Positions 40,184 through 50,315 of a stretch of 64,000 nucleotides of DNA are shown one piece after another (the stretch's first letter is position 1; every line of letters begins with the position of its first letter). The DNA is from Spirulina sp. (GTDB taxonomy: Bacteria; Cyanobacteriota; Cyanobacteriia; Phormidesmidales; Phormidesmidaceae). Location: contig JBIPSI010000006.1 of the NCBI GenBank assembly GCA_044070495.1, positions 1 to 64,000 on the forward strand, in the 5' to 3' direction. Under the pieces are notes generated by a model, which saw only the letters and a program-made list of their open reading frames with translations, searched no databases and had not been told where the DNA came from. The translations under genes and the position numbers were made by a program.

Positions 40184-42091
40184 CTAAACCGCTAAAACCG
40201 GCTTTTCCACCTTAAAGGTGCTGAGGATGCGATCTGCCATTTGGGGAGGAGTCAGTCCTAGGGCTGCCTTTGACTGGTCAGGGCTGGCGTGGTCTACCAA
40301 AATATCCGGCACGCCAATCCGCAGCACCGAGGCGGGCACCTGGGCATCCAGAATCGACTCGGCCACGGCGGAACCAAAGCCGCCCATCAGACAGCCTTCC
40401 TCAAAGGTGACGACCTTACCGATTTGCTTGGCTAGGGGCAGAATCAGTTCCTCATCCAGGGGCTTGGCAAAGCGGGCGTTCACCACCGTGGCCTCGATGC
40501 CGTGTTCGCTGAGGATTTCGGCGGTTTGCATGGCGGGATAGACCATGGAGCCGTAGCCCAACAGCAGCACATCGTCGCCCTGGCGTAGGACTTCCGCCTT
40601 GCCGATGGGCAGCGGTTCCCAGCCCTCTTCCATCAGCGGTGCGCCATAGCCATTGCCCCGTGGGTAGCGCATGGCGATGGCCCCATCGGTGTAGTTAATT
40701 CCGGTGACGAGCATCCGCTGGAGTTCGGCCTCGTCCTTGGGAGCCATCAGCACCAGGTTGGGGATGCAGCGTAGGTAGGCGATGTCGTACATGCCCTGGT
40801 GGGTGGGGCCATCGGCACCGACGATTCCGGCCCGATCTAGGCAGAAGAAGACGGGAAGCTTTTGGATGCAAACGTCGTGGACGATTTGGTCGAAGCCCCG
40901 TTGCAGGAAGGTGGAGTAGATCGCCACCACCGGACGCACCCCTTCGCAGGCGAGGCCAGCGGCCAGGGTAACGGCGTGCTGCTCGGCAATGCCCACATCC
41001 ACGTATTGGTTGGGGAGAGCCTGCTGGAGCTTATCCAACCCGGTGCCCGTGGCCATGGCAGCGGTGATGCCGATGATCTTAGGATCGTTTTCCGCCAAGG
41101 TGATCAGGGTTTCGGCAAACACCTTGGAATAGCTGGGGGGCTTGGGTTTAGTCGAGGGAATGCCCTTGCCCGTGGCTAGGTTGAAGGGGGACTGGGCGTG
41201 GTAGCCGACCTGGTCTTTTTCGGCGATGGCGTAGCCCTTGCCCTTGGTGGTAGACACATGCACCAGCACTGGCCCCGTGTGCTTGTGGGCTTCTTTGAAG
41301 GTGGTGATCAGTTCTTGCAGGTTGTGGCCATCCACAGGCCCCATGTAGAGGAATCCCAGTTCCTCAAACACCGCCCCTACCTTGGGCACCGCAAGGCGCT
41401 TCATCCCTTCCTTGACCCGATCCAGTTCTGGCGAGAGGGAATCGCCCAGGAAGGGCAGGTGCTTGAACTGCTCCTCCAGGTTGTCGGTGAGGAACTGCAC
41501 CGGGGGGCTAATCCGCATTTTGTTGAGGTAGCGGGGAATCGCGCCCACGTTGGGGGAAATCGACATTTCGTTGTCGTTCAGCACCACCAACAGGTTGGTA
41601 TTGGGCAAATGTCCGGCATGGTTGATGGCCTCTAGGGCCATGCCCCCGGTCAGGGCACCGTCGCCGATGATCGCCGCTACTTTGTAGTTCTCTCCGGCCA
41701 TATCCCGCGCCAGGGCCATGCCCAGGGCGGCGGAAATGCTGGTGGAAGCGTGGCCCGCCCCGAAGTGGTCAAACTTGTTTTCGCTGCGCTTTAGATATCC
41801 GGCAACACCGTCTTTTTGGCGCAGGGTGTGGAAGTCATGGAAGCGCCCGGTGATCAGCTTGTGGGGGTACGCCTGGTGCCCCACATCCCAAACCACCTTG
41901 TCATGGTCGAGATCCAGGGTTTGGTACAGCGCCAGGGTCAGTTCCACCACCCCCAGCCCCGGCCCCAGGTGCCCACCGCTGGCGGCCACGGTTTCCAGGT
42001 GCTTCTCGCGAATTTGACGGGCAATATCCTCAAGCTGCCGGATGGTAAGGCCGTGCAGTTGGTTGGGATGAGTTACATCACTCAGGCGCAT
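40184..42091 (-). CDS. dxs: 1-deoxy-D-xylulose-5-phosphate synthase
   Basis: [41 protein letters not shown]. Confidence 0.98.
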   Translation of the reverse strand: MRLSDVTHPNQLHGLTIRQLEDIARQIREKHLETVAASGGHLGPGLGVVELTLALYQTLDLDHDKVVWDVGHQAYPHKLITGRFHDFHTLRQKDGVAGYLKRSENKFDHFGAGHASTSISAALGMALARDMAGENYKVAAIIGDGALTGGMALEAINHAGHLPNTNLLVVLNDNEMSISPNVGAIPRYLNKMRISPPVQFLTDNLEEQFKHLPFLGDSLSPELDRVKEGMKRLAVPKVGAVFEELGFLYMGPVDGHNLQELITTFKEAHKHTGPVLVHVSTTKGKGYAIAEKDQVGYHAQSPFNLATGKGIPSTKPKPPSYSKVFAETLITLAENDPKIIGITAAMATGTGLDKLQQALPNQYVDVGIAEQHAVTLAAGLACEGVRPVVAIYSTFLQRGFDQIVHDVCIQKLPVFFCLDRAGIVGADGPTHQGMYDIAYLRCIPNLVLMAPKDEAELQRMLVTGINYTDGAIAMRYPRGNGYGAPLMEEGWEPLPIGKAEVLRQGDDVLLLGYGSMVYPAMQTAEILSEHGIEATVVNARFAKPLDEELILPLAKQIGKVVTFEEGCLMGGFGSAVAESILDAQVPASVLRIGVPDILVDHASPDQSKAALGLTPPQMADRILSTFKVEKPVLAV

Positions 42092-42302
42092 ACTAAATTA
42101 ACCTCTGGGTCACGCAATGGACTTTTCCTGCTATCTTCACTGTAGAAGATTCAGCGTCTAGAATCCGACCGCATGGGCAACCCCAGCCCGGAAGACAACC
42201 GTGGTGAAGCGATCCCATGTCTTGTACTGATTATCTTGATCCGCAGTCGGTAACGGTTGATGACAATCGTTAACCAACCGATATAACCCTTAACGTTCTG
42301 TT

Positions 42303-42827
42303 ATGGTTCATTTTCCTGTGTTTAAGTCCCTCAGCCCGTGCCTTACGCTACCGTTTACCCTGTTTAGTGCCGTTTTGGCCCCATTAACCTTGGCATCCTC
42401 TGGGTTAGCCATTGACTATAACTATGGTCAATGCGTTGCGGATTTGCTGGAGGTGGGGCTGTCTGCCCAGGCGGTAGGTTCGGCCTGCGCCAGTGCCCTG
42501 CGGCCCGAACAGGTGGGGAGTTGCGTCTTTGATGTCACCGCCGTCACGGAACTCAGCGCCGAAGCCGCCCTCGCCGCCTGTAGCCGAGATCGCCGCCCCC
42601 TGGAGGTGGCCTCCTGTGTGGTGGATATCCACGACTTTTTGGACGTATCTAACTCCGCCGCCGTGCTCAACCACTGCCACCGCAGCATTCTGCCCGTGCG
42701 CTACGCCGACTGCGTGATTGACACCGCCCTGGTTGCCGAACTCGCCACCACCGAATCCATGGCCCTCTGTATTGCGGCGGGCTACCGTCCGGTGGATGTG
42801 GCTCCTAGCTTCATTCCTGCCCGTTAG
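42303..42827 (+). CDS. secreted Cys-repeat hypothetical protein
   Basis: Signal peptide; three C-x5-P-x5-CV repeats. Confidence 0.7.
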   Translation: MVHFPVFKSLSPCLTLPFTLFSAVLAPLTLASSGLAIDYNYGQCVADLLEVGLSAQAVGSACASALRPEQVGSCVFDVTAVTELSAEAALAACSRDRRPLEVASCVVDIHDFLDVSNSAAVLNHCHRSILPVRYADCVIDTALVAELATTESMALCIAAGYRPVDVAPSFIPAR

Positions 42828-42926
42828 GAACAATCTATCAGCGATACCGTACGGGCGCACCGCCGTGCGCCCTTTCCCTCAACTCGTGATTGAGGGAAAG
42901 GGCTGCTTCTGATAATAGAGAAGCCG

Positions 42927-43397
42927 CTATCCCCGTCCGCTGAGTGCCCGATCCGTTTCCCGTTTTTCCTGCTTACGCTTGAGGGACTCCCGCTTGTCGT
43001 GGAGTTTTTTGCCTCGCGCTAGGGCAATGCTGACCTTAATCCAGCCGCCCTTCAAATACATCTTGAGGGGCACTAAGGTCAGCCCCTTTTGTTCCACCTT
43101 GCCGATCAGCTTGCGAATTTCGTCCCGGTGCAACAGCAGGCGGCGGGGGCGCTTGGCCTCGTGGTTGTAGGCTTTGTTGGTCATGGTGTGGGGCGAAATG
43201 TGGATATTCTGAAGCCACATCTCGCCGTCCTTGAGTTGGGCATAGCCATCCCGCAGGTTCACCTTGCCCTGGCGAATAGACTTCACCTCCGACCCCAGCA
43301 GTTCAATGCCCGCCTCGTAGGTCTCTAGAATTTCATACTCGTGGCGGGCCTGACGGTTATCGCTAACGACCTTAAACCCTTTGCTCTCGTCCGCCAT
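42927..43397 (-). CDS. smpB: SsrA-binding protein
   Basis: NRQARHEY...[14 protein letters not shown]...GKKLHDKR. Confidence 0.97.
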   Translation of the reverse strand: MADESKGFKVVSDNRQARHEYEILETYEAGIELLGSEVKSIRQGKVNLRDGYAQLKDGEMWLQNIHISPHTMTNKAYNHEAKRPRRLLLHRDEIRKLIGKVEQKGLTLVPLKMYLKGGWIKVSIALARGKKLHDKRESLKRKQEKRETDRALSGRG

Positions 43398-43446
43398 ACG
43401 GCCCTCCTTCCCCGGTGACAATGATGTCCAAGCTGTCCAAATCTTC

Positions 43447-43713
43447 CTACTCCACCACCACCCGCCACTCGTGGAGTTCGTAGTTAACGCAGTGGTGTTT
43501 AACCAGCGGATCCGCCGCTACAATCGCTTCCGCCTCGGCCCTAGACTCGGCCCAGAACATCAGCATACCACCCCCATATTCGGCCCAGTAGCCCGTTTTG
43601 GCCCGGTGCCCCTGGGCGATCAGGTCTTTCACGTAGGCCACATGGGCGGGCACAAATTGATCGAAAGTGGGCTTATCTACGATCCCGCTCTCAATTTTGA
43701 CAAACCAGGGCAT
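43447..43713 (-). CDS. YciI family protein
   Basis: MPWFVKIE...PAHVAYV...GGGML...DPLV...W. Confidence 0.85.
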   Translation of the reverse strand: MPWFVKIESGIVDKPTFDQFVPAHVAYVKDLIAQGHRAKTGYWAEYGGGMLMFWAESRAEAEAIVAADPLVKHHCVNYELHEWRVVVE

Positions 43714-43924
43714 AGGCAAAGGGGCAGAACGCAGCAGATAGGTCAGAGGATCGGGGCAGGAAGCGGATGCAAGGGGCGGAGAACAGAACACGCCCTACTT
43801 TCCATCATGCCATTGGGTTTACCCAGCACCATCCAGGACAGGGAAATTTAGCGCAGCGCACAGTCCTGTAGCCGAATTCGTCCTATAACAATTGTTAACA
43901 CGTCCTCCGTTTTGCCCTACTGCC

Positions 43925-45301
43925 ATGCAAACCCTGCAAGATCCTGCCCTTGATCTGACCTCCGAACCATCCCCCGTGCCCCCACCCTCCGGTAAGCATC
44001 GGGTGGTGATTATTGGCGGCGGCTTTGGCGGGCTCTATGCCGCTCAACGATTGGGACGGGCCACCAACGTTGAAGTCACGCTGATCGACAAGCGCAACTT
44101 TCACCTGTTCCAGCCCCTGCTTTACCAGGTGGCGGTGGGGGGCTTGTCGCCCGGAGACATTGCCTCACCGCTGCGGGGGGTGCTCAGTCGGCAGAAAAAC
44201 ACCCAGGTACTCATGGGTGAAGTGGTGGATGTGGATCCCCAGGCCAAAACCGTGAGCCTCAAAGGGGACAGTAGTTTGCCCTACGATACCCTCTCCTACG
44301 ACACGCTGATCGTGGCCACAGGCATGAGCCACTTTTATTTTGGCCGCGACGACTGGGCCGACATTGCCCCCGGTCTCAAAACCGTGGAGGATGCCCTGGA
44401 AATGCGGCGACGGATTTTTGCCGCCTTTGAGGCCGCCGAGAAAACCACCGATCCTGACTTGCAAAAAGCCCTGCTCACCTTTGTAATTGTGGGGGCTGGC
44501 CCCACCGGGGTAGAACTGGCCGGAGCCTTGGCCGAACTGGCCTACCACACCCTCAAGCCCGATTTTCGCCAAATTGACACCAGCCAAACCCGCATTTTGC
44601 TGGTCGAAGGCATGGATCGGGTGCTGCCGCCCTTCCCCGCAGAGCTTTCTCAGCGGGCCTACCAAGACCTCGAAGGTATGGGCGTGGAGATTTTGACCCA
44701 AACCCTGGTCACCGACATTGACGGCCACCAGATCACCCTCAAGCAGGGCGACGAGATAACCACCGTGCAATCGGCCACTGTGCTGTGGGCGGCAGGGGTG
44801 CGAGACCCCGGCATGGGCGGCATTTTGGCCGAACGCACCGGGGCCGAACGGGATCGGTCTGGGCGCGTCATCGTGGCCGAAGACCTGACGGTGCCCAACT
44901 ATCCCGACATTTTTGTGGTGGGCGACCTGGCACACTTTGCCCACCAAGACGATAAGCCCCTCCCCGGCATTGCCCCCGTTGCCATGCAGGAGGGGCAGTA
45001 TGTGGCCAAACTCATCCAAAATCGGATCAAGCAGCGATCTATGGCCAAGTTTGAATACAAGGACACGGGCGGCCTGGCGGTAATTGGCCGTCACTCGGCG
45101 GTGGTCAATTTCCCCTGGATGCGGCTAACGGGCTTCCCGGCCTGGTTTGTGTGGCTGTTTGTCCACATCTTTTTCCTGATCGAGTTCGACAATAAAATCA
45201 TCGTCATGATCCAGTGGGCGAGCAACTACATCACCCGTAAGCAAGGCTCGCGGCTGATCACCATCCCACCAGATCCAGCCCCCAAAAGTGCCGTTACCTA
45301 G
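43925..45301 (+). CDS. type II NADH dehydrogenase (NDH-2)
   Basis: IIGGGFGGL, FQPLLYQVA, IVGAGPTGVELAG, APVAMQEG. Confidence 0.93.
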   Translation: MQTLQDPALDLTSEPSPVPPPSGKHRVVIIGGGFGGLYAAQRLGRATNVEVTLIDKRNFHLFQPLLYQVAVGGLSPGDIASPLRGVLSRQKNTQVLMGEVVDVDPQAKTVSLKGDSSLPYDTLSYDTLIVATGMSHFYFGRDDWADIAPGLKTVEDALEMRRRIFAAFEAAEKTTDPDLQKALLTFVIVGAGPTGVELAGALAELAYHTLKPDFRQIDTSQTRILLVEGMDRVLPPFPAELSQRAYQDLEGMGVEILTQTLVTDIDGHQITLKQGDEITTVQSATVLWAAGVRDPGMGGILAERTGAERDRSGRVIVAEDLTVPNYPDIFVVGDLAHFAHQDDKPLPGIAPVAMQEGQYVAKLIQNRIKQRSMAKFEYKDTGGLAVIGRHSAVVNFPWMRLTGFPAWFVWLFVHIFFLIEFDNKIIVMIQWASNYITRKQGSRLITIPPDPAPKSAVT

Positions 45302-45535
45302 GGGGCATGGCTACCCCCATCATGTCGCACCGACGAGCCCTCCTGGGTCACCTAGGGTGAGGTGACGGTCGCAGACAGCAATGGCAAATGAAGCACAGGT
45401 TACTCCCCTGTCTTTTCTGATGTGTAGTTGCCAGAGTAAGAGCTTGGCAACTGACGCTAGACCAGGTAGACAGGGTAGGGGGCAGGGCTAGGAGCGGTCA
45501 GACTACACAAACCGTATCCCAGATCACGGCTGAGG

Positions 45536-45544
45536 TGCTATGAT
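45536..45544 (+). promoter_or_regulatory. extended -10 promoter of SRP RNA
   Basis: TGcTATGAT ends 6-7 nt upstream of the SRP RNA 5' stem. Confidence 0.6.
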
Positions 45545-45550
45545 AAAGAA

Positions 45551-45644
45551 GACTCGGACCCATGCGGTCGCAACGCCCAAATCATGTCAGGACCGGAAGG
45601 TAGCAGCATTACGGGATGCTTGTGACAGGCGTGGACTCCGGGTC
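45551..45644 (+). ncRNA. ffs: bacterial small SRP RNA (4.5S)
   Basis: Helix-8 motif TCAGGACCGGAAGGTAGCAG; terminal stem GACTCGGA / TCCGGGTC followed by TTTT. Confidence 0.93.
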
Positions 45645-45802
45645 TTTTGCATTTTCAGGGCTTTTACAGGGTAGGGTTGTCCTTGGCAATCGTTGATGCT
45701 GGCGTAGACGGTTCTGATATCCCCCCTAGGCGTTCGTCCCGATGGCCTCCTAAGCTAGTGATGTCGTCGATACGCATCGGTTAATCAGCAAGGGAGGAGA
45801 GC

Positions 45803-46174
45803 ATGGCTGGTTTTGGAGATGTCGTTAAAAAAGCGTTTTATTTGGGGGTGGGGGTAGCCTCCTACGCCGGTGAAAAAGCCGGACATACCCTGAAAGACTT
45901 GCAAGAGCAAACCCAAGTGGTCGTCAACGAGTTGGTAGCCCGTGGGGAAATGACCGCCGAAGAGGCCCAACGTCTTGTCAATGACATGGTGAGTCGCGCC
46001 CAGGAAACCATGCCCGAAAATAAAACTCCATCTGAGCCCCGCCGCATTGAGATCCTAGACGACGAGCCCAGTTCCCCAGCCACACCGGAAGATCCTGCCG
46101 AAGCCCTGCGTCAACAGGTGTCGGCCCTGCGCCAAGAACTGGATGCCCTTCAACGGAAGGCCAGTAACTCCTAA
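45803..46174 (+). CDS. phasin-like protein
   Basis: KAFYLGVGVAS...ELVARGEMTAEEAQR; C-terminal coiled coil; GGGAGG RBS. Confidence 0.75.
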   Translation: MAGFGDVVKKAFYLGVGVASYAGEKAGHTLKDLQEQTQVVVNELVARGEMTAEEAQRLVNDMVSRAQETMPENKTPSEPRRIEILDDEPSSPATPEDPAEALRQQVSALRQELDALQRKASNS

Positions 46175-46218
46175 GCCAGCAATTCCCAAACAAGTAATTC
46201 TTAAGCGAGACAGCCCGA

Positions 46219-46731
46219 ATGGATGATTGGTCTAAACAAATTCTTAATGCCTTTGGCGATGCGGTTCAGGAATTTGCCCAACAGCTTTCCCAGGATACCG
46301 AGCGCTGGATGGAGGACATCATTGACCAGATCGCCCAGGCGTCAGACCCGTTGGTGCAGGCAGCAGATCAATGGGCTGAGCAGGTGCAAGATGCCCTAGA
46401 GCCGGAGATTGAACGCTTGATCGACGATGTCAATCAGGTGATCCAGCCCCTCGAAATTACTATCACCCACCAAGTAGACGAGGTGGCCGAACAACTGGAC
46501 ACCCTGATCGAGCCGATGGTGGCCAGGCTGCTGGAGCTAGATCCCTGGCTGGATCGGGTGTCGGCCCCCATCAACAGCGTAGTAGAGCCGATGATTCAGG
46601 ACCATCCCGCCTGCGTGGGCTGTCGCAATTTCTACGGCCAAGCCCACGGCGGCAATACCTTGGTTTGCGCCATGCACCCCTTTGGCCCCGATGAAGACCG
46701 CCACTGCCCCGACTGGGAAGGGTTTTATTAG
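46219..46731 (+). CDS. hypothetical protein, acidic amphipathic helices plus C-terminal Cys motif
   Basis: Ends CVGCRNFYGQAHGGNTLVCAMHPFG....CPDW. Confidence 0.75.
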   Translation: MDDWSKQILNAFGDAVQEFAQQLSQDTERWMEDIIDQIAQASDPLVQAADQWAEQVQDALEPEIERLIDDVNQVIQPLEITITHQVDEVAEQLDTLIEPMVARLLELDPWLDRVSAPINSVVEPMIQDHPACVGCRNFYGQAHGGNTLVCAMHPFGPDEDRHCPDWEGFY

Positions 46732-46761
46732 GGCTTGGCGAGGTGACAAGCGAGGCATGAC

Positions 46762-46875
46762 TCACTCCACATCGCAGAATAATCTTTTGAACGTGGCTAC
46801 GGTAACAATGGCTGCATCCATCAAGCTTTCACCGTCCGCTAAGTCGGTGTCTCCGGTGTCGATGATGACTCTCAT
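46762..46875 (-). pseudogene. internally deleted PIN-family toxin
   Basis: MRVIIDT joined directly to (T)GDTDLADGESLMDAAIVTVATFKRLFCDVE*; ATGA overlap with the upstream antitoxin. Confidence 0.7.
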
Positions 46876-47111
46876 TCGCCCCTACGGTAAGCGTCAATCT
46901 CCGCTGTAATGTCCTCCTCAGTAACCTCACTGACCCCAGGCAAAATTTGGGTCGCTCGGCATAGCTGACGAAACTTTTGGCTGGCTATGCCCCGCTCGTT
47001 ATCTTCAGCCAAAATGACAACCCTAACCCGCAGTCCTTTGTGAAAGGGTAAGTTGGACAGAACAACCTGATCAGGGTCTTCGATAGTAAGAAAGGCTTTA
47101 TAGGTTGTCAT
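46872..47111 (-). CDS. putative antitoxin
   Basis: 79 aa, LSNLPF.KG.RV.V...VTEEDITAEIDAYR; coupled to the PIN remnant. Confidence 0.7.
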   Translation of the reverse strand: MTTYKAFLTIEDPDQVVLSNLPFHKGLRVRVVILAEDNERGIASQKFRQLCRATQILPGVSEVTEEDITAEIDAYRRGE

Positions 47112-47219
47112 ACTGGTATGGTTGACGTGACTCAACTATAGCAATCCTATGCAAATTCAGGGATTGCGTAGCGTGGATCGCTCGCCTGAATTCATCCTCG
47201 ATAGGGTGCTGATAGTGAC

Positions 47220-48224
47220 CTACTTGTCGGGCTGAAGGACTTGTTGATAGTCTTCGGCTTTCAGTTTGCGTTCCATTAGTTCGGCAACGGCCTCTTCGGC
47301 GGAAATGTCGCCTTTCAGTAAGCGATAGACCTGTTGGGAAATGGGGGCCGAAACCTGTTCCCGCTGGGCAATGGTCATCAACACTTTGGCGGTGTTCACC
47401 CCTTCGGCGGTGCTGCCCAGTTCGTCAAGGATTTGTTCTAGGGATTTGCCCTGGGCGAGGCCATAGCCGACGCGATAGTTGCGGCTGAGGGGGCTGGTGC
47501 AGGTGGCCAGCATATCTCCCAGACCAGAGAGGCCCAAAAAGGTTTCGGGCTGTCCGCCCAGGTGGGTGCCGACGCGCATCACCTCCGGCAGGGCACGGGT
47601 AATTAGGGCGGAGCGGGCGTTGGAGCCGAGGTTCAGCCCTTCGCAGACGCCGACGGCAATGGCGATCACGTTTTTGAGGGTGCCCCCCAGTTCGGCCCCT
47701 AGGGGGTCGGTGCTGCGGTAGGTACGGAAATTTTCTGAGGCAAAAACGTGCTGTACGGCCTCGGCGGCGGTTTCGTTTTCGCAGGCGATCACCGTGGCGG
47801 CGGGGAGACCCTGTTCAATTTCCTTTGACAAATTGGGGCCAGAGAGGACGGCGACCGCATGGTTTGGGAAAGCGTTTTGAAAGATGCGGGAAGGGGTCAG
47901 AGTAGTTTCAGGATCTAATCCCTTGGTAGCAGTGACGAGAATCGTAGTTTCAGGAATATTGAGTTCCTTGAGTTGACTAACCAAATCCGGCACACCCTTC
48001 ATGGAAATAGCAGAAATGATCACCTCAGCCCCATCAACGGCTTCTTTTAAGGATAGATTCCCCCGCCGCGACCAAAGCCTGACGTTGTGATCGTTGCTGT
48101 TGGCAATGTGAGCCAGGGCGCTACCCCAAGCTCCAGATCCCAAAATGGTCAGGGCAATTTGGCGATGTTTATAGGACTCGAAGGTGTCGTTGGGGGTTTG
48201 GGTCGTGGGGAGAGTGGCAGTCAT
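47220..48224 (-). CDS. gpsA: NAD(P)H-dependent glycerol-3-phosphate dehydrogenase
   Basis: LGSGAWG, TKGL, LSGPNL, GGTLKNVIAI, GLGDM..TC.S..SRN. Confidence 0.95.
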   Translation of the reverse strand: MTATLPTTQTPNDTFESYKHRQIALTILGSGAWGSALAHIANSNDHNVRLWSRRGNLSLKEAVDGAEVIISAISMKGVPDLVSQLKELNIPETTILVTATKGLDPETTLTPSRIFQNAFPNHAVAVLSGPNLSKEIEQGLPAATVIACENETAAEAVQHVFASENFRTYRSTDPLGAELGGTLKNVIAIAVGVCEGLNLGSNARSALITRALPEVMRVGTHLGGQPETFLGLSGLGDMLATCTSPLSRNYRVGYGLAQGKSLEQILDELGSTAEGVNTAKVLMTIAQREQVSAPISQQVYRLLKGDISAEEAVAELMERKLKAEDYQQVLQPDK

Positions 48225-48228
48225 GGTG

Positions 48229-48317
48229 ATTGGGGGTTGGTTATTGGGGGTTGGTTATTGGTTATTGGTTATTTGGGGTTGGTTATTGGTTATTAGGGAT
48301 TGGTTATTGGGGATTGG
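48229..48317. repeat. degenerate heptamer STRR array (TGGTTAT / TGGGGAT type)
   Basis: Read directly; a TTTTGCC x3 array also lies at 48373-48393. Confidence 0.85.
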
Positions 48318-48402
48318 ACGTACTGTGGTGAGTTCGTCTAAAAACTTTGGGATGGCTTAACCTATACCTAAATTTTGCCTTTTGCCTTTTGCCTTTTACT
48401 TT

Positions 48403-50073
48403 CTAGGCTTCTTGCAGCGCGGCCTCCTGCCCCAGGGCATAGTCGGGGATGCAGTTGGTTTCCATAAATCGATGGTACGCCTGGATGTTGCGGTCGCAGC
48501 GTTCCTCGCTCCAGCCACAGTGGTGGCGCAGAACTTGAGCGACGGTGGGTAGGGCGTTGAAGCCGTAGTCGTGGTGCATGGACAGGGTGGTGCGACGGCG
48601 CAGGATATCCACGAAGGTCTGGGCCATTTCGGACTGGACGGCAAAGACAATCTGGGCCTGGATGTCGGGATAGTCGGGGTGGATGGGTTGGGCGAGGGTG
48701 GGGGTTTCGTCCACCAGGGCCAGCACTTGGGGGGTTAGGGCACCGTAAATACTGAGCAGGTGGTTAAGGATGGGGGGCGCGATGCGATCCCGGTAGCGTT
48801 CGGTGAGGGGAAGCACCTGGGGATCATCCAGGCGCAGGGCACCGGGCAGGGGGCGGCGATGGGTGGGGCAGGGGGGCACGGGTTCGCCACGCTTGCGGAA
48901 GGTGGCATCGACAAATTCTTCCCCCACCTGGCGATGGGTGGTGAGCTTGCCGCCGATGAGGGAAATCAGGTTTTCTGCACCCTCGCGGCTGTGGTCGTGC
49001 AAAATGTGGGCGCGGGTGATGCTGCCTGCTTTTTTGCCCTCGGCGTAGGGCAGGGGACGGACGCCAGAGTAGGTAAAGCGCACGTCCTTGCGGGTGAGGT
49101 GGGCGGCGGGTAGAACGCGGTTGGTTTCGGCAATCAGGTAATCCACCTCGGCATCATCGGCTTTGATCGGGTCGAGGGGGCCGTTGTAGCGTTCGTCGGT
49201 GGTGCCGATCAGGAATTGCCCCAGCCAGGGCACGATGAAGAAGGGCCTCCCGTCGGTTTTAGCCTCCACATACAGGGCCGAATCCGGCGCACCGGGGAAG
49301 CGATCCACAATAATATGACTGCCCTTGGTGCCACCAATTTTGCGCCCTTGGCTGAGGGGAGACTTGCTTAGCCCACAGACCGCATCCACCCAGGGGCCGG
49401 AGGTGTTGACCACCACGGTTTTGGTGTGGGTCTGTACCTGGGCCGTATCTTGACCGCAGACATCCCGTACCGTTAGCCCCACAATCCGCTGATCCTGCAC
49501 CTGAATATCGGTGACTTCGGCGTAGTTCAACACCGTGGCCCCGGCATTGTGGGCATCTAGGATGTTTTCCCAACAGAGGCGCTCGGCGTATTCCACCTGG
49601 GCATCGTAGTATTGGCCGGATCCAGCCAGGTCATCGCTATCCATGGCGCGGAACAGTTGCCGGGTGCTCTGGCGCGACAGCATCCGGTGGTTGGGCAAGG
49701 ATTTGTCGTAGCTCAGTACGTCATACAGCACCATTCCGGTTTGGATCACCCGGTAGTGGCGCGACCCGCTGCGGTAGATGGGAATCGTCATCTGCACAGG
49801 TTTGACCAGGTGGGGCGCGTTCCGCAGTAAAACTTCTCGCTCGTGGAGCGATTCTCGCACTAAATGAAACTCAAAATATTCTAAATAACGCAACCCACCA
49901 TGCACTAATCGGGTAGACCAACTGGTCGTCCCCCCGGCAAAATCACCCTTTTCAAGGAGTAGTGTTTTAAGCCCTCGCAGGGCCGCATCCCGTGCCGTGG
50001 CTGCACCGTTAATGCCGCCGCCAATGATGATTAAATCGTAGGGTTGGGTGGCGATTGCCTGGAAGTTTCGCAT
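48403..50073 (-). CDS. glpD: FAD-dependent glycerol-3-phosphate dehydrogenase
   Basis: IIGGGINGA, STRLVHGGLRYLE, KGSH, GVRPL, GGKLTT. Confidence 0.95.
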   Translation of the reverse strand: MRNFQAIATQPYDLIIIGGGINGAATARDAALRGLKTLLLEKGDFAGGTTSWSTRLVHGGLRYLEYFEFHLVRESLHEREVLLRNAPHLVKPVQMTIPIYRSGSRHYRVIQTGMVLYDVLSYDKSLPNHRMLSRQSTRQLFRAMDSDDLAGSGQYYDAQVEYAERLCWENILDAHNAGATVLNYAEVTDIQVQDQRIVGLTVRDVCGQDTAQVQTHTKTVVVNTSGPWVDAVCGLSKSPLSQGRKIGGTKGSHIIVDRFPGAPDSALYVEAKTDGRPFFIVPWLGQFLIGTTDERYNGPLDPIKADDAEVDYLIAETNRVLPAAHLTRKDVRFTYSGVRPLPYAEGKKAGSITRAHILHDHSREGAENLISLIGGKLTTHRQVGEEFVDATFRKRGEPVPPCPTHRRPLPGALRLDDPQVLPLTERYRDRIAPPILNHLLSIYGALTPQVLALVDETPTLAQPIHPDYPDIQAQIVFAVQSEMAQTFVDILRRRTTLSMHHDYGFNALPTVAQVLRHHCGWSEERCDRNIQAYHRFMETNCIPDYALGQEAALQEA

Positions 50074-50315
50074 GGATGGTTAAAGTGTTTTTGTGAAGGG
50101 TTATTGGTTATTTGTTGTTGGCTACTGTGGAAAAATTGGAGTCTGCTGAAGCAGATTTTGCGCTGAACCAGGGAGCTTATTCCCTGGTGGTCGGGGCTGG
50201 TGAGCCAAGGACTAAAAGTCCAAGGCTCACAGTGGAAATCCTCTCAAGAGGATTGGGAGGAGGGGCGTAGATAATGGTGAACCCTTTGGTCTGCCCGGTT
50301 AGGGAAGCAGGAAAT

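Noticed and set aside
42927..43397. tmRNA next to smpB
   Set aside because: No tRNA-like ends or tag reading frame recognised nearby.
44165..45094. 309-aa antisense ORF, and similar long antisense ORFs elsewhere
   Set aside because: Lies fully opposite a well-supported gene; expected from GC-rich codon bias.
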